Source of the DNA: Nitrospirota bacterium
GTDB taxonomy: Bacteria > Nitrospirota > Nitrospiria > Nitrospirales > Nitrospiraceae
Direction: 5' to 3'
Assembly (NCBI GenBank): GCA_963701855.1
Contig: CAVPBK010000011.1
Span: 217,171 to 281,170, forward strand
Length of the DNA: 64,000 nucleotides
Shown in pieces: positions 1-10,049 of this stretch. Both the position numbers and the translations under genes were made by a program. The notes under the pieces are model-generated. The model made no database searches. It was not told where the DNA came from and was given only the letters and a program-made list of their open reading frames with translations. Within the stretch, counting starts at the first letter, position 1; every line of letters begins with the position of its first letter.

Positions 1-176
1 TGAAGCAGCCGCTCTGCAAGGAGACCACCACATGCAAGCGGACGAAACCAGGACGACAGTCCGTCGAACGGTTCATATCCACGGTACCCCTGCTGCTCGA
101 CCCATCCTTGCGCTCGAGCAAGGCTTTGCTGGATCTCCTGAGGAGTGATTGCATCCGAACCACTATCGTGGTTCAT
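1..176 (-). CDS. 5' part of a conserved EPS-cluster protein (runs off the window)
   Basis: ATG at 176 overlaps the stop of the upstream gene (ATGA). The open frame reads MNHDSGSDAITPQEIQQSLARAQGWVEQQGYRGYEPFDGLSSW... Confidence 0.7.
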   Translation of the reverse strand, partial: MNHDSGSDAITPQEIQQSLARAQGWVEQQGYRGYEPFDGLSSWFRPLACGGLLAERLL

Positions 177-2434
177 GTGGTCCGATCTCCATTGTTTAGA
201 AGGTCTGCGGCGCTCCTCACCAACTTCTCCCTCTCTTTACTCCACGCATGTTCCAGATATACCGCTTGTCCTCGATGTGTTATCTCAAGGGCCTCTTTCG
301 GGTGCAATGCAACCCATGTGAGTTTCAGCGCAAGGTCATCCGCGGTTCCAAGTTCAAAGAATACCAGCGCATCATCGTTAAAGTAGTCTTCAATGCCTGG
401 AGCGCGAGGTGCTACAACAGGTTTCCCCAATGCCAGGTACTCGAAAATCCGAGTCGGCGTGTTGATTTCCGTGAAGATACTCCGCTTATTCGGGATGACG
501 CCTACATCGCATTCCTCAATCGCCTGAACGAGCTCTTCCAGCCGTCTTGGCCCGAGATAATAGACTGCTTTCTCCAGGCCCTTCTCAGACACGGTCAGCA
601 TGACCTGATCCAAGAATGGTGTCCGAGGACCATAAATCCTCAATTCTGCTGCAGGGACGGATTGGCGCACCTTTATTAGTGCCTCCACCGCTAAATCTAC
701 ACCGTTCCGCTCTACTAACGTGCCGTGATACATGATGACGAAGGGAGCATTCACCTCATCTGACTGCCTGTTCCTCAGTTGCGCTGGAGCATACTTGAAT
801 ATTCGCTCGTCCGGTGAATTCATAATGACCGTGACTTTTGACGGTGAACAACTGCGTGACACAAACAGCTTTTCGCAAGCGCGGTTCACAGTCAACACCA
901 CATCGGCACAGGTGATGCTCCACTTCTCGAGACGGGCCATCAGCCTCACTGCCGGGCTCTCCCTCCGCAGATTGTAGATCGTCATCATGAGCTCCGGCAT
1001 TGGATCGTGCAGATCCAATATCACCTTGGCACCAAACAACTTGGGAACCAAGGCAGCGAGAACGAGAACATCCGGCATATTATGAATGTGCACGATATGG
1101 TACGGCCTTGTCAGGGAGCGAGCAGCAAGCTTCGCAAACGCGATCATGATAAACAGGCAATACCGAAGCATATAGTTCAGTTTAGAACCACGGTTATGCT
1201 TGAAAGCAATCCGGTCGATCTCAATTCCCTTGAATGTGTCCCGCTTTGGGCTTCCCTCATCAATAAGGCATATCACCTCGACGCTCATGCCGGCATGCAC
1301 AAAGGTTTCTGCCGCCCTGCGTGGACGTGGGTCACCTGGGAAACTTGAAAACGAAACCACTGCCATGCGCTTTCCTTGCAAACAGGAAATCCCAGGACTC
1401 TGAGCCTCTGACCGATCTCCTGTCTGAAGATCGGCTGGACTCTCGGAGAAGACATCCTGAGCCTTCGGATGAGACATTGCAGCCTTCTCTTGAGCGAGCG
1501 AACTTCTATTCACACCTGACCCAGGGACCATATTCGTATAGAAATAGTGCGCGACGTCTTTTGGCAACGCACACCAACACTGATCAGCATAGCGATCGGC
1601 AACATATTCGAGCAGATCCCGATACAGCTGCTGACTGTACTCACCGAGACGCTTCTGGCCGTTGAAACCTATGTAGTCCGGATGGACAATTACCAATGCT
1701 AAGCCACCTTTTTGAGCTACCCAATCGAGCTTACGCTTCCATATGTCGATCGAGTCTTCTTTCAACAATATAAACAGAGTGGAATCTTGTGCCAGCGTAT
1801 AGGGCATCTCGACATAACCGTGCTGTCCATCTTGCGATACCCAGAACGGGAAAATCGTGTCTACCCCGTCAGGCTGAGGCTCAAATGGATCCGTGTCAAA
1901 GGTGGAACTGTCATAGAGAACGTTTACTTCATCAAGCCATCTGAGATTATGCCGCATGAATCCTGAACGAAAACCTTCCGCACCCCATTGCTCTATGTAC
2001 CGGTTTATCTTCTTCGCCCCACTCCTAAAGCTTCCCCAGGAACGATACAAACTTCCGTCATGATGTAGATCATGAACCCCTACTTCAAACCCGTGCGCCG
2101 TCAGAAATCCTCGCAGAGACTCCGGAACTCGATACTCCCCCTCCGGCACGAAGTTAAACGCGGAACGGAACCCGAGCTGAATTTCCAAGTCAGCCAATGC
2201 ACGAGAACGATCCAATCCTTTCCTGGTTTCAACGTCGTGCGTGAGAACAAATGCGAACTGTTTACCTTCAGGCCAACCTGGCCACTTTGCCGGCACCTTG
2301 CACGCTGCCTCATTGATCGGCCAGGTATTGGTATGCCTCCGCCTCAGCCGGTTAGCCAGAATGCGCCGAAGCGCTAACCGAACCCTCAACGGAATGGCAG
2401 GCTTTGCCATATAATAGGCATCATTTAATATCAT
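173..2434 (-). CDS. Polysaccharide deacetylase-like domain fused to a GT4 glycosyltransferase
   Basis: N-half has LTHDVE, EVGVHD, GFRSG and YDSS (CE4/NodB-like). C-half has GDPRPRR, HIHNMPD, YHGTLVERNG and PTRIFEYLALGKPVV (GT4). Confidence 0.85.
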   Translation of the reverse strand: MILNDAYYMAKPAIPLRVRLALRRILANRLRRRHTNTWPINEAACKVPAKWPGWPEGKQFAFVLTHDVETRKGLDRSRALADLEIQLGFRSAFNFVPEGEYRVPESLRGFLTAHGFEVGVHDLHHDGSLYRSWGSFRSGAKKINRYIEQWGAEGFRSGFMRHNLRWLDEVNVLYDSSTFDTDPFEPQPDGVDTIFPFWVSQDGQHGYVEMPYTLAQDSTLFILLKEDSIDIWKRKLDWVAQKGGLALVIVHPDYIGFNGQKRLGEYSQQLYRDLLEYVADRYADQCWCALPKDVAHYFYTNMVPGSGVNRSSLAQEKAAMSHPKAQDVFSESPADLQTGDRSEAQSPGISCLQGKRMAVVSFSSFPGDPRPRRAAETFVHAGMSVEVICLIDEGSPKRDTFKGIEIDRIAFKHNRGSKLNYMLRYCLFIMIAFAKLAARSLTRPYHIVHIHNMPDVLVLAALVPKLFGAKVILDLHDPMPELMMTIYNLRRESPAVRLMARLEKWSITCADVVLTVNRACEKLFVSRSCSPSKVTVIMNSPDERIFKYAPAQLRNRQSDEVNAPFVIMYHGTLVERNGVDLAVEALIKVRQSVPAAELRIYGPRTPFLDQVMLTVSEKGLEKAVYYLGPRRLEELVQAIEECDVGVIPNKRSIFTEINTPTRIFEYLALGKPVVAPRAPGIEDYFNDDALVFFELGTADDLALKLTWVALHPKEALEITHRGQAVYLEHAWSKEREKLVRSAADLLNNGDRTT

Positions 2435-2453
2435 GAGAAATCCATGACTCCGG

Positions 2454-2689
2454 CTAGCAGGCTGTTGACAAAGTCCGCCAGCACAAAGAAGGTTGAGGTT
2501 CAGGCTAAGGTTGAGAAAAAGAGAGTCTGATCTTCGCTAAACCTTGACCTTAATCTCAGCCTATATCAGAAGCTGCGGCCTTGCTGGACGGCCTTTCTGA
2601 ACAGCCTGCAGGCCATTCAGTTTCCGTCAGTGGTCTCAGAGGTGGTATCGCTTCCGGTGTCGTCATCTAGTTTGTCAACAAACTGCTAG
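2454..2689. mobile_element. ~228-bp MITE with CTAG target duplication and an internal hexamer hairpin
   Basis: CTAG-CAGGCTGTTGACAAA ... TTTGTCAACAAACTG-CTAG (TIR 13/15). A close copy lies at 12783-13019. Confidence 0.8.
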
Positions 2690-2735
2690 AGCTCTTCGTC
2701 CGTATTTCGACGCGCGCATCAGGCCAAATCTCAAC

Positions 2736-3473
2736 TTATCCTCCTCTCCTAGCCTCGCGATCAACTTTTTGCATATTCGAGGACTCTATTGCCTTGAGAA
2801 TATCCGAAGGGACCATTTTACTAAGGATCTCTATGTTGGCCATGACACAATGTCCCCCTATGACACCCGGGAAATACTTGACGCGAGGGAAGAATGGAAT
2901 CTCATCGTAGATCGAGACAATTTCATCATAATTCAGTCCCAGTTGATCGCAATAGCGTTCGACTTCCTGCGCCCATGCGATAATCAATCCGAAGTAGGTC
3001 GTCTCGGTCAGTTTTGCGAGTTCAGTCGCTTCGGGTGAGGACAGAATTCTCGTCTTCATGCCGACCGATTCGAAGTGTCGCGCAGCGCTCTCTCCGGATG
3101 CGGTATCGACTCCACCCACAAACTTGTCGTAATGCAGAAGATCTGCTGCCATGCGAATGTGTTTTCCGCGTACAGGACTATTGACAACAGTTGCGCCAGT
3201 TCGCTCTCCGACTGCACGCGTCGTCCCGACTGCCACCGTGCTATGAATGACCGTAAGACGTGGATTGAACCGCTGAATATATCGAGCAGTTTCGCCGATA
3301 AAGTCATTGATTCTAAACGGGTAACAGACATGCATGACCTCTATATCGCCTGCTGATTCGGCTGGAGGCGCAATGTCGACTCCGACCGTATTGTGGTGCC
3401 GCGAAATGACCTCAAGGAGAGGTTTCCCTATTTCCCCTAACCCAATAACCATGACCTTCCCGGTTTTGCTCAT
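2736..3473 (-). CDS. Short UDP-glucose/GDP-mannose dehydrogenase-family protein
   Basis: GLGEIG Rossmann motif, IHSTV, TELAKLTETTY and GGHC catalytic Cys. The usual C-terminal domain is absent. Confidence 0.75.
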   Translation of the reverse strand: MSKTGKVMVIGLGEIGKPLLEVISRHHNTVGVDIAPPAESAGDIEVMHVCYPFRINDFIGETARYIQRFNPRLTVIHSTVAVGTTRAVGERTGATVVNSPVRGKHIRMAADLLHYDKFVGGVDTASGESAARHFESVGMKTRILSSPEATELAKLTETTYFGLIIAWAQEVERYCDQLGLNYDEIVSIYDEIPFFPRVKYFPGVIGGHCVMANIEILSKMVPSDILKAIESSNMQKVDREARRGG

Positions 3474-3503
3474 GTCATCACTCCTCTCATCATCAATTGC
3501 CGA

Positions 3504-3983
3504 TCACTGCGCCCGATCAACGAATACGAGCCACCAGTGGCACGGGGCTCGCAAGTCTCCGAACCGCCCTATGAGTAAGAACCATAGGGCGGTTCGGGTC
3601 GGAACATAGACTCTTTTCACGTAATGCCCCTGCTCGACGACGATATTGCCGTGGTCCTCATCCTCTGCACCCCCGGCGGACAACCCCATTGTGAAGGGCA
3701 AGTCCGAGGGCGCGACTCCATAGATCTTTAGTGTCGTGGCATATGGCTGGTCATGCTTATATCGTTCTGGAATCAAGAAGATCCCATACACATTATGCTG
3801 CCCCTGCCAAGGGCGAACAACTACCTGTAACGCTCGGAACTTATGCTCTCCGGAACTTTCCGGAACCTCTAATCCACATACAGTCGTCGGCGACACATTC
3901 ACCAGCCAGGCCATCACGATAGCCGCGGCTAGTGCCAGCAGGATCGAGACGCCCCACATACGCCTGCGAAATCCCCCGACCAC
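3504..3983 (-). CDS. Hypothetical membrane-anchored protein
   Basis: 159-aa ORF co-oriented with the operon, with an N-terminal hydrophobic helix. Confidence 0.55.
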   Translation of the reverse strand: MVGGFRRRMWGVSILLALAAAIVMAWLVNVSPTTVCGLEVPESSGEHKFRALQVVVRPWQGQHNVYGIFLIPERYKHDQPYATTLKIYGVAPSDLPFTMGLSAGGAEDEDHGNIVVEQGHYVKRVYVPTRTALWFLLIGRFGDLRAPCHWWLVFVDRAQ

Positions 3984-4062
3984 TAGAAATAATGCCTATG
4001 TTTTGCGTTTGAATAGCCTGTACTAATCACGGCGGGTTGATGCGGAGGCATGGCGACTGATA

Positions 4063-5004
4063 TTACCCTCGCCAGGAGCTGGATCGCTGTGATTCGACCG
4101 GGGTGCCGAACTCCTGACTACGTCTCCCTACAACTTTCCGGAATGCTTCTCGAAGTCTCTGCATCTGCTCTCTTTGATGGAATGCGACAAGTTGGGGGTC
4201 GATCGGTCTTTTTGTTCGGGAAACAAAAGCCCAGGCAAAGCCTGTCAGTAAGAGAGCGCCCCCAAGGAGATAGGGCTTGTTTCTCGCCTGTAGACATGAT
4301 CTGAACAGTTCCCATAGAGGATGGCCCCCGAGATAGTAGTCTTGTCTGCCCAGGTTATACCAGGCCTTGAGTTTTCCGGATGATGCCGTGCCCATTGGAC
4401 GGTGATGGTAACAAACTTTTTCCGAAAATGTTCTCGTTTTCCATCCTTTCATCCTGGCTGTGGTCACAGCAACCCAATCGATACCTCCGCCTTTTATCGG
4501 TCTGTACCCACCAACTTCTTCGAAGCATTGCCGACGAAAGAGCTGGCATGCCCCAGAGACATGTTCCACACTCGTGAACCGATAGTCGTAGGACTCCTTG
4601 CCCTCGACAAACGGGGTGCCGACAACGCCCAGGCCAGGATCTTCTGCGAGCGTCCCAAGAAGAAACTCAAAATAGTCTTTCTCGAACGTAATATCAGCGT
4701 CTAAATTCCCGATTACTTCATAAGAACACTCACCCACCCTCTGGTACCCGCCATTAAAACAATGTACCTTGGCTGCAAAGTTTCGGTCCCTCCGTTCAGG
4801 CATCCGCACCAACTCAATCCATGGATTTTCCAGAAGAAACCGTTTCACAAGCTCATCGGTACCATCCGTGGAGCCATCGCTGACAATAATCCATCTTACA
4901 GGACGAATCGTTTGAGCAATCACCGAACGAATGGTCTGCTCGATGAACTGGGCTTCGTTTCTCGCAGGGGTAATCAATATGTAGCTGGGTAATTTCTTTT
5001 GCAT
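4063..5004 (-). CDS. Glycosyltransferase family 2
   Basis: ITPARNE, VSDGSTDGT, LDAD (DxD) and SGACQLFRR. Confidence 0.92.
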   Translation of the reverse strand: MQKKLPSYILITPARNEAQFIEQTIRSVIAQTIRPVRWIIVSDGSTDGTDELVKRFLLENPWIELVRMPERRDRNFAAKVHCFNGGYQRVGECSYEVIGNLDADITFEKDYFEFLLGTLAEDPGLGVVGTPFVEGKESYDYRFTSVEHVSGACQLFRRQCFEEVGGYRPIKGGGIDWVAVTTARMKGWKTRTFSEKVCYHHRPMGTASSGKLKAWYNLGRQDYYLGGHPLWELFRSCLQARNKPYLLGGALLLTGFAWAFVSRTKRPIDPQLVAFHQREQMQRLREAFRKVVGRRSQEFGTPVESQRSSSWRG

Positions 5005-5070
5005 ATTAGCTCAAGCAAAGCAGAACGCTTCATAACGTGGGGCACGCAAGATGGCATACCATTGTCTTTC

Positions 5071-6282
5071 CTACCTCGACCCGCTGCCGGGAACAGCGGG
5101 GAGAGATTTCAGCACCTCCGCCACGACGCGATCCTGTTGCCGGGAGGTGAGCTCCGGGAACATGGGAAGCGACAACACCTGAGATACAGCTTTCTCCGCA
5201 ACCGGGAAATCGCCGACACGAAAACCAAGTCCCTCGTAGGCTTTCGCCAGGTGAAGCGCAACCGGATAGTGAATCCCTGTGCTGACGCCGGCTTCGTCCA
5301 ACCGTTTCTGAAGCTGAGCACGATCGGCAACCCGCAATACGTAGAGATGGTACACCGATCGAGACCACTCCGGCTGATAGGGAAGCGTGATGCCTCCCTC
5401 CGCACCGGCAAAGAGTGTGTTGTAGCGAAGCGCAATGTCTCGGCGTTGTCCATTCCATTTCTTCAAATGGCGGAGCTTGGCACGTAGAAAGCCGGCTTGT
5501 ATGGCGTCCAGTCTTCCATTGTAGCCCTCAATGTCATGATAGTATTTCTTCGATTGGCCATGGTCGCGCAACATCCGGCAGGTCTGAGCCAAGTGTTCGT
5601 CGTCGGTCGTAATTGCACCGGCCTCTCCGAAGGCGCCCAAGTTTTTGCCAGGATAGAAGCTGAACGCCGCTGCGTGTCCCATGGACCCGGCCTTGCGCCA
5701 ACGGTTTTCCTTCTTAGAGAAATACTCGGCGCCGTGCGCCTGGCAGGCATCTTCAATCACTTTGAGATTGTATTGGACTGCCAGATCAAGAATGGGGTCC
5801 ATATCGGCCATTTGCCCATAGAGATGGACCGGAACGACTGCCGTCACCGGATTGCCCGTTCGGTTGTGGAAGGCCCGCTTCGCGCCTGCATCCCAAGAGC
5901 AGTCCTTCTCTAGGTACTGGCGGAGCTTCCCTGAATCTATGTTGTAGGTCCGCTCGTCGATGTCGACAAAATCAGGACGGGCGCCTGCCTGGGATATCGC
6001 CTCGGTCGTGGCGATAAACGTATTCGGCACCGTGACCACGATATCGCCGGACCGTATACCCGCAGCGATGAGCGCAAATCGCAAGGCATCCGTGCCGCTG
6101 CCGACACCTACACAGAATCGCGATTCGCAAAACTTAGCGAAGTCCTCTTCGAATCCCTGGACCATCGGCCCGCCGATAAATCCTGCGGTACCGAGAGCCG
6201 TCTTGAGGATGTCGACGAACTCATCCTGCAGGTCCCGATGGACTGTCACGAGATCAAGAAATGGAATTTTTGCATCACTCAT
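5071..6282 (-). CDS. DegT/DnrJ/EryC1/StrS sugar aminotransferase
   Basis: GSGTDAL, PVHLYGQ, EDACQAHG, FSFYPGKNLG and GYNGRLD. Confidence 0.95.
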   Translation of the reverse strand: MSDAKIPFLDLVTVHRDLQDEFVDILKTALGTAGFIGGPMVQGFEEDFAKFCESRFCVGVGSGTDALRFALIAAGIRSGDIVVTVPNTFIATTEAISQAGARPDFVDIDERTYNIDSGKLRQYLEKDCSWDAGAKRAFHNRTGNPVTAVVPVHLYGQMADMDPILDLAVQYNLKVIEDACQAHGAEYFSKKENRWRKAGSMGHAAAFSFYPGKNLGAFGEAGAITTDDEHLAQTCRMLRDHGQSKKYYHDIEGYNGRLDAIQAGFLRAKLRHLKKWNGQRRDIALRYNTLFAGAEGGITLPYQPEWSRSVYHLYVLRVADRAQLQKRLDEAGVSTGIHYPVALHLAKAYEGLGFRVGDFPVAEKAVSQVLSLPMFPELTSRQQDRVVAEVLKSLPAVPGSGSR

Positions 6283-6306
6283 GGTTGGCTCCCTGCTTAG
6301 GTAGAT

Positions 6307-6414
6307 AGGCTGAAGACCGAAGGTTGTCTAGGCTGAAGGTCATCGGACTATCGGAGGTCCGGATACTTCAAGTAACTAGACAGACCCGTCAGACTAAATC
6401 AGCCTTCAGCCTGA
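6307..6414. repeat. Inverted heptamer (AGGCTGA/TCAGCCT) hairpin
   Basis: AGGCTGAAG units on the left and TCAGCCTTCAGCCTGA on the right, intergenic. Confidence 0.7.
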
Positions 6415-6426
6415 ACCCCTGGATCG

Positions 6427-6915
6427 CTACCGCGATCCAAGATACCGCAACACTCTCCCCGGATTTCCTACCACGATCGCGTTCGCCGGCACATCGCTGG
6501 TCACGACACTGCCGGCGCCGATCAACGCATTTTCGCCGATCACCACGTTCGATAGGATGGTTGCTCCCGATCCGATTGACGCGCCTCTTTTCACCAGAGT
6601 GACCTCGACCTTCCAATCTGCTTCAGTCTGAAGGGCGCCTGTGGCGCTTGTCGCACGAGGGAACGAGTCGTTGACGAACGTGACATTATGCCCGATGAGG
6701 ACTTCGTCCTCGATCGTCACACCTTCACAGATGAAGGTATGACTCGATATCTTGCACCGTTTGCCGACTTTGGCATTCTTTTGAACTTCGACGAAGGCCC
6801 CGATTTTTGTGTCATCACCGACCTCGCAGCCATAGAGGTTGATGAATTTCGAGAGCTTCACGTTCTGCCCCAACTTGACATCCGGCGCAATGCAGAGGTA
6901 TCCGTTGGCCTGCAT
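6427..6915 (-). CDS. Hexapeptide-repeat sugar N-acetyltransferase
   Basis: Left-handed beta-helix repeats, TFVND, GASIGSGAT and IGAGSVVT..VP....VGNP. Confidence 0.92.
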   Translation of the reverse strand: MQANGYLCIAPDVKLGQNVKLSKFINLYGCEVGDDTKIGAFVEVQKNAKVGKRCKISSHTFICEGVTIEDEVLIGHNVTFVNDSFPRATSATGALQTEADWKVEVTLVKRGASIGSGATILSNVVIGENALIGAGSVVTSDVPANAIVVGNPGRVLRYLGSR

Positions 6916-6980
6916 ATCACCGCTCTTTGAGGTGCTGCACGCGGTCGTCTTTATTCATGCGGTTTGTACTCAGGGGTTTT

Positions 6981-7050
6981 CAGGCTGAAGGCTGAAGTGT
7001 CCGGATCTCCGAACTCAGCTAGTCGCCTTCAGCCTAAAAGCCTTCAGTCT
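6981..7050. repeat. Inverted heptamer hairpin
   Basis: CAGGCTGAAGGCTGAAG ... GCCTTCAGCCT..GCCTTCAG. The spacer shares TCCGGAT with the 6307 copy. Confidence 0.7.
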
Positions 7051-7564
7051 ATCTACCTGAGTAGTTAAAAGCCTGAGACAGGCTTACTTGGTCGATGCTC
7101 ATGTTCAGCTTCGCATGAAGTCCCAGTGTATTCAGCAGCAAGAGCACCCTGTTTCGGTCCGTCATTTCCCGCACGAATACGGCTTCAAGCCCCGCGAGCG
7201 GACCACCATTGATATGCAGAATTTGTCCCCTCTTGAAGTGCCTTGAATTCGGCGTGACATTTTCCAGCCGTTCCTTGATGGCATCGATCAATTCCTGACT
7301 TATTTCGGCCGGTTTGCCACCGAACCTCACAATGGTCAGCACCCCTTTGGCATAGCTGACGGCTCGATACTGCGTACTTACATCGAAACACCCAAACATG
7401 TACCCTGGGAACAGTGGTGTGAGCACCATCTTCCGCGCTCGCCTCACCATCTTATTCTGCCTGAGCATGGGGAGGAAGGTCTCGACACACAACTGCCCTA
7501 GGTGGAATTCAGCCTGTTTTTCTTGGCGAGGTTTCGTTCTGATTACATACCACCGCACGGTCAT
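7049..7564 (-). CDS. RfaH/NusG-family antitermination factor
   Basis: WYVIRTKPRQE, PLFPGYMF, IVRFG and a KOW-like GPLAGLEAVF. Confidence 0.9.
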   Translation of the reverse strand: MTVRWYVIRTKPRQEKQAEFHLGQLCVETFLPMLRQNKMVRRARKMVLTPLFPGYMFGCFDVSTQYRAVSYAKGVLTIVRFGGKPAEISQELIDAIKERLENVTPNSRHFKRGQILHINGGPLAGLEAVFVREMTDRNRVLLLLNTLGLHAKLNMSIDQVSLSQAFNYSGR

Positions 7565-7713
7565 GATATTAACAAGCAGTCCTTATTAATAAGATGAAAC
7601 AGGAGACCAGGAACAGGAAACACGCGGGCTGCCGCCCTTCCGGTGCATCCCGGTTTCACCATTCACTCCTCTATCCCTTCCCACTCCGTCTGTCATAGAT
7701 TCAGGTGGAAGGA

Positions 7714-10049
7714 TTATCTCGCCGCACTTTCTATCGATTGCTTGCCACTGTCAGTGTGGAACATGTGATAGCCATACAAATAGGACGGCATGCTCTGCTC
7801 CTCAACTGCATTGAGAATCACATGCGCGTCACCGCTCAACCTGAGCATCGTGAAGGCTTGCTGCACGACGTGTATCGGCGTGGTTCCGGCTCGAATCACC
7901 ATAATATGAAGGTCGGCCACACTCGCCAATATTTCCACCGATGCACTCGGCAACACCGGCGGGGCATTGAGAATGACATAGTCAAAGTTCATTCGGATTT
8001 TGGGTAATATGGCTTTCAGTTGCTGAATCCTCGTCAGCTCGTTGAAGTCCTCTCCCATTCTTCCAATCGACAGGATCGAGCAGGGCACCTCGTCAATGGC
8101 CGAGAGGCACTGTTCCAGAGAAGCCTCGCCATCCAATAGCTCGATCAGTCCTCCCCAAGCAGGTTTATTGGCGTACTCGTGGAGCGAAGGATGGCGAAAA
8201 TCACAATCGATGAGCAACGTCTTTTTCCCAAGGTTCCGGGCGAGCGTATATCCAAGATTCACGACCGTCGTCGTCTTCCCTTCCCCTTTGAGCGCGCTGG
8301 TTACTTCAAGTACTGTCGAGCGGCGACTCTCTGTCGACAACACCAGCTTTATTGCAGCCATGCGGTATTGTTCGGCAGCGATCGAGTGTGGCTGCCACTT
8401 CGCAACCAGATTGAGCTGTGACGAAAGCGCCTCCTCATCGCGTGCCCCGAACATCCAGGATGGGTACTTCCAACCTGCTCGTACCGCAGGCAAGGGAGAA
8501 CCCACATCGGCACTGATGAGAGGACTCTGTGCTTGACGACTTAACTGATGGTACCTGGAATGAAAATTTGGAATCGCTGCCAACACTCGTATCCCCGGCA
8601 ACATTTCCACTTCCTCTCGGCGTTTATATGTCGGATTTACTAGATCAAGTCCTATCGCCAGGCCTAGTCCCAGTCCACATCCTCCCAACAAGCCCAACAC
8701 CATAATGAGCAATCGATTCGGCTTATCGAGCTTCTGCGGAAGATTGGCCGGATCCAACACGCGGAATTGCTCGCCTTTTTGGCGTTTCTCCAGATTCTCT
8801 GCCACATTGGCGTTCAGCCGTTTGTCCAGTAATGACTGATAATTCTTTTGCATATTTTCATAATCACGCATGAGGATCATCACGTCCTGCTCGCGCGATG
8901 GCGTCTGTTCCACCCGATGCTCAAATTCCCTGATATGTTCCGCAAGCCTTTGGCGGCGGTCCTTTGCCGAAGATACTTCAACGCGTAGCTCATTCCGCTG
9001 CTTCATCAGTTCCCTCAGGTAGGGATCGAATGTCTTGGCTGCATCGCCATCCTTTTCTTTATCGGGACCCCCATATTTCTCGGCAAGCTGTTTCTTCACA
9101 CTCTTGATTTCCTGCTTCGTCTCCACAATATCCGGATAGGTTTCCTTGTACTCTGCTGCGAGCAGGGTCGTCAGGTTTTGTTCCAACTCTCGCAGCCTTC
9201 CGACAAGAGGGTCCATCCCGGCATGACCGGTAGGCCGTCGTGCCGGACGCGCCGGACGTGGTTCCACTCGTCTCATATTCCTTGATGGATTTCTCCGCCA
9301 AACTCACCTTATCAGTTAGGCTATGGATCAGTTCATCTGTGGCATTGAGATTCGTTTGCAACCGATCGAGCGCTCTGAGGTTGGCCTCCATTTGCTCAGG
9401 CAAAAGCCCAATATGTTTTGACTTGTACTGACTGATCGCTTGCTCTTGAGCCTCCAAGGCTTTCTGCGCGTCACGTAATTCTCGTTCTAGAAAACTCAGA
9501 CACTCCCGTCACCAGTTGCTCTCTTACTTTTAGATTTTCTTCGATGAACAGCGAGGCAAGCTTCGCGGTGACCTTCATGGCTGTCATCGGATTTTCGTGC
9601 GAGAATGAAATTGTCACGGCTTCAACGCTTTTCCCCCTGGCGCCGGCCGTTCCAACTGTCTCCACCTTGATTGCTTTTCGCATTCCTTCAATCGTCGATT
9701 CGATGCCGTCCCGCTTTACTTGTCCCTCGTAGAGTTTAAACTCTTCTATGGTCTGGCTCAGCAGCGTTCGGCTCATCACCTGCTGTTGGATCATCGTCAG
9801 TCGTTCCTCGATGCTCGCCCCTCCAATGCCTTTGACGTAGTCGTCAGGAATTTTCTGATTTTCGATGAGAATTAATGTGCTGGAGCGATAACTTTTTGGC
9901 AGCACCAGGCACAACACCCCTGCCACCACAACGCCGGCCAGGATCGAACTCATGACCAGCCATTTCCTCCGGACGATCATTGCCCAATACGCTTGAATCA
10001 CCACCGACGCTGGGTTGTTCGACGCTGGTTCGTTCGTATTCATTCCCAC
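7714..10049 (-). pseudogene. wzc: Wzc-type chain-length determinant/BY-kinase, split by two +1 frameshifts (~9490, ~9230); possibly sequencing error
   Basis: Three overlapping ORFs join into a Wzz N-terminus (LPKSYRSSTLILIE), a coiled coil (YKETYPD, FRVLDPANLP) and a kinase domain (TSALKGEGKTT, LIDCDFR). Confidence 0.85.

Noticed and set aside
9471..9500. Phase variation of wzc by slippage
   Set aside because: The run is only four T and the second frameshift is not in a repeat, so error or decay is more parsimonious.
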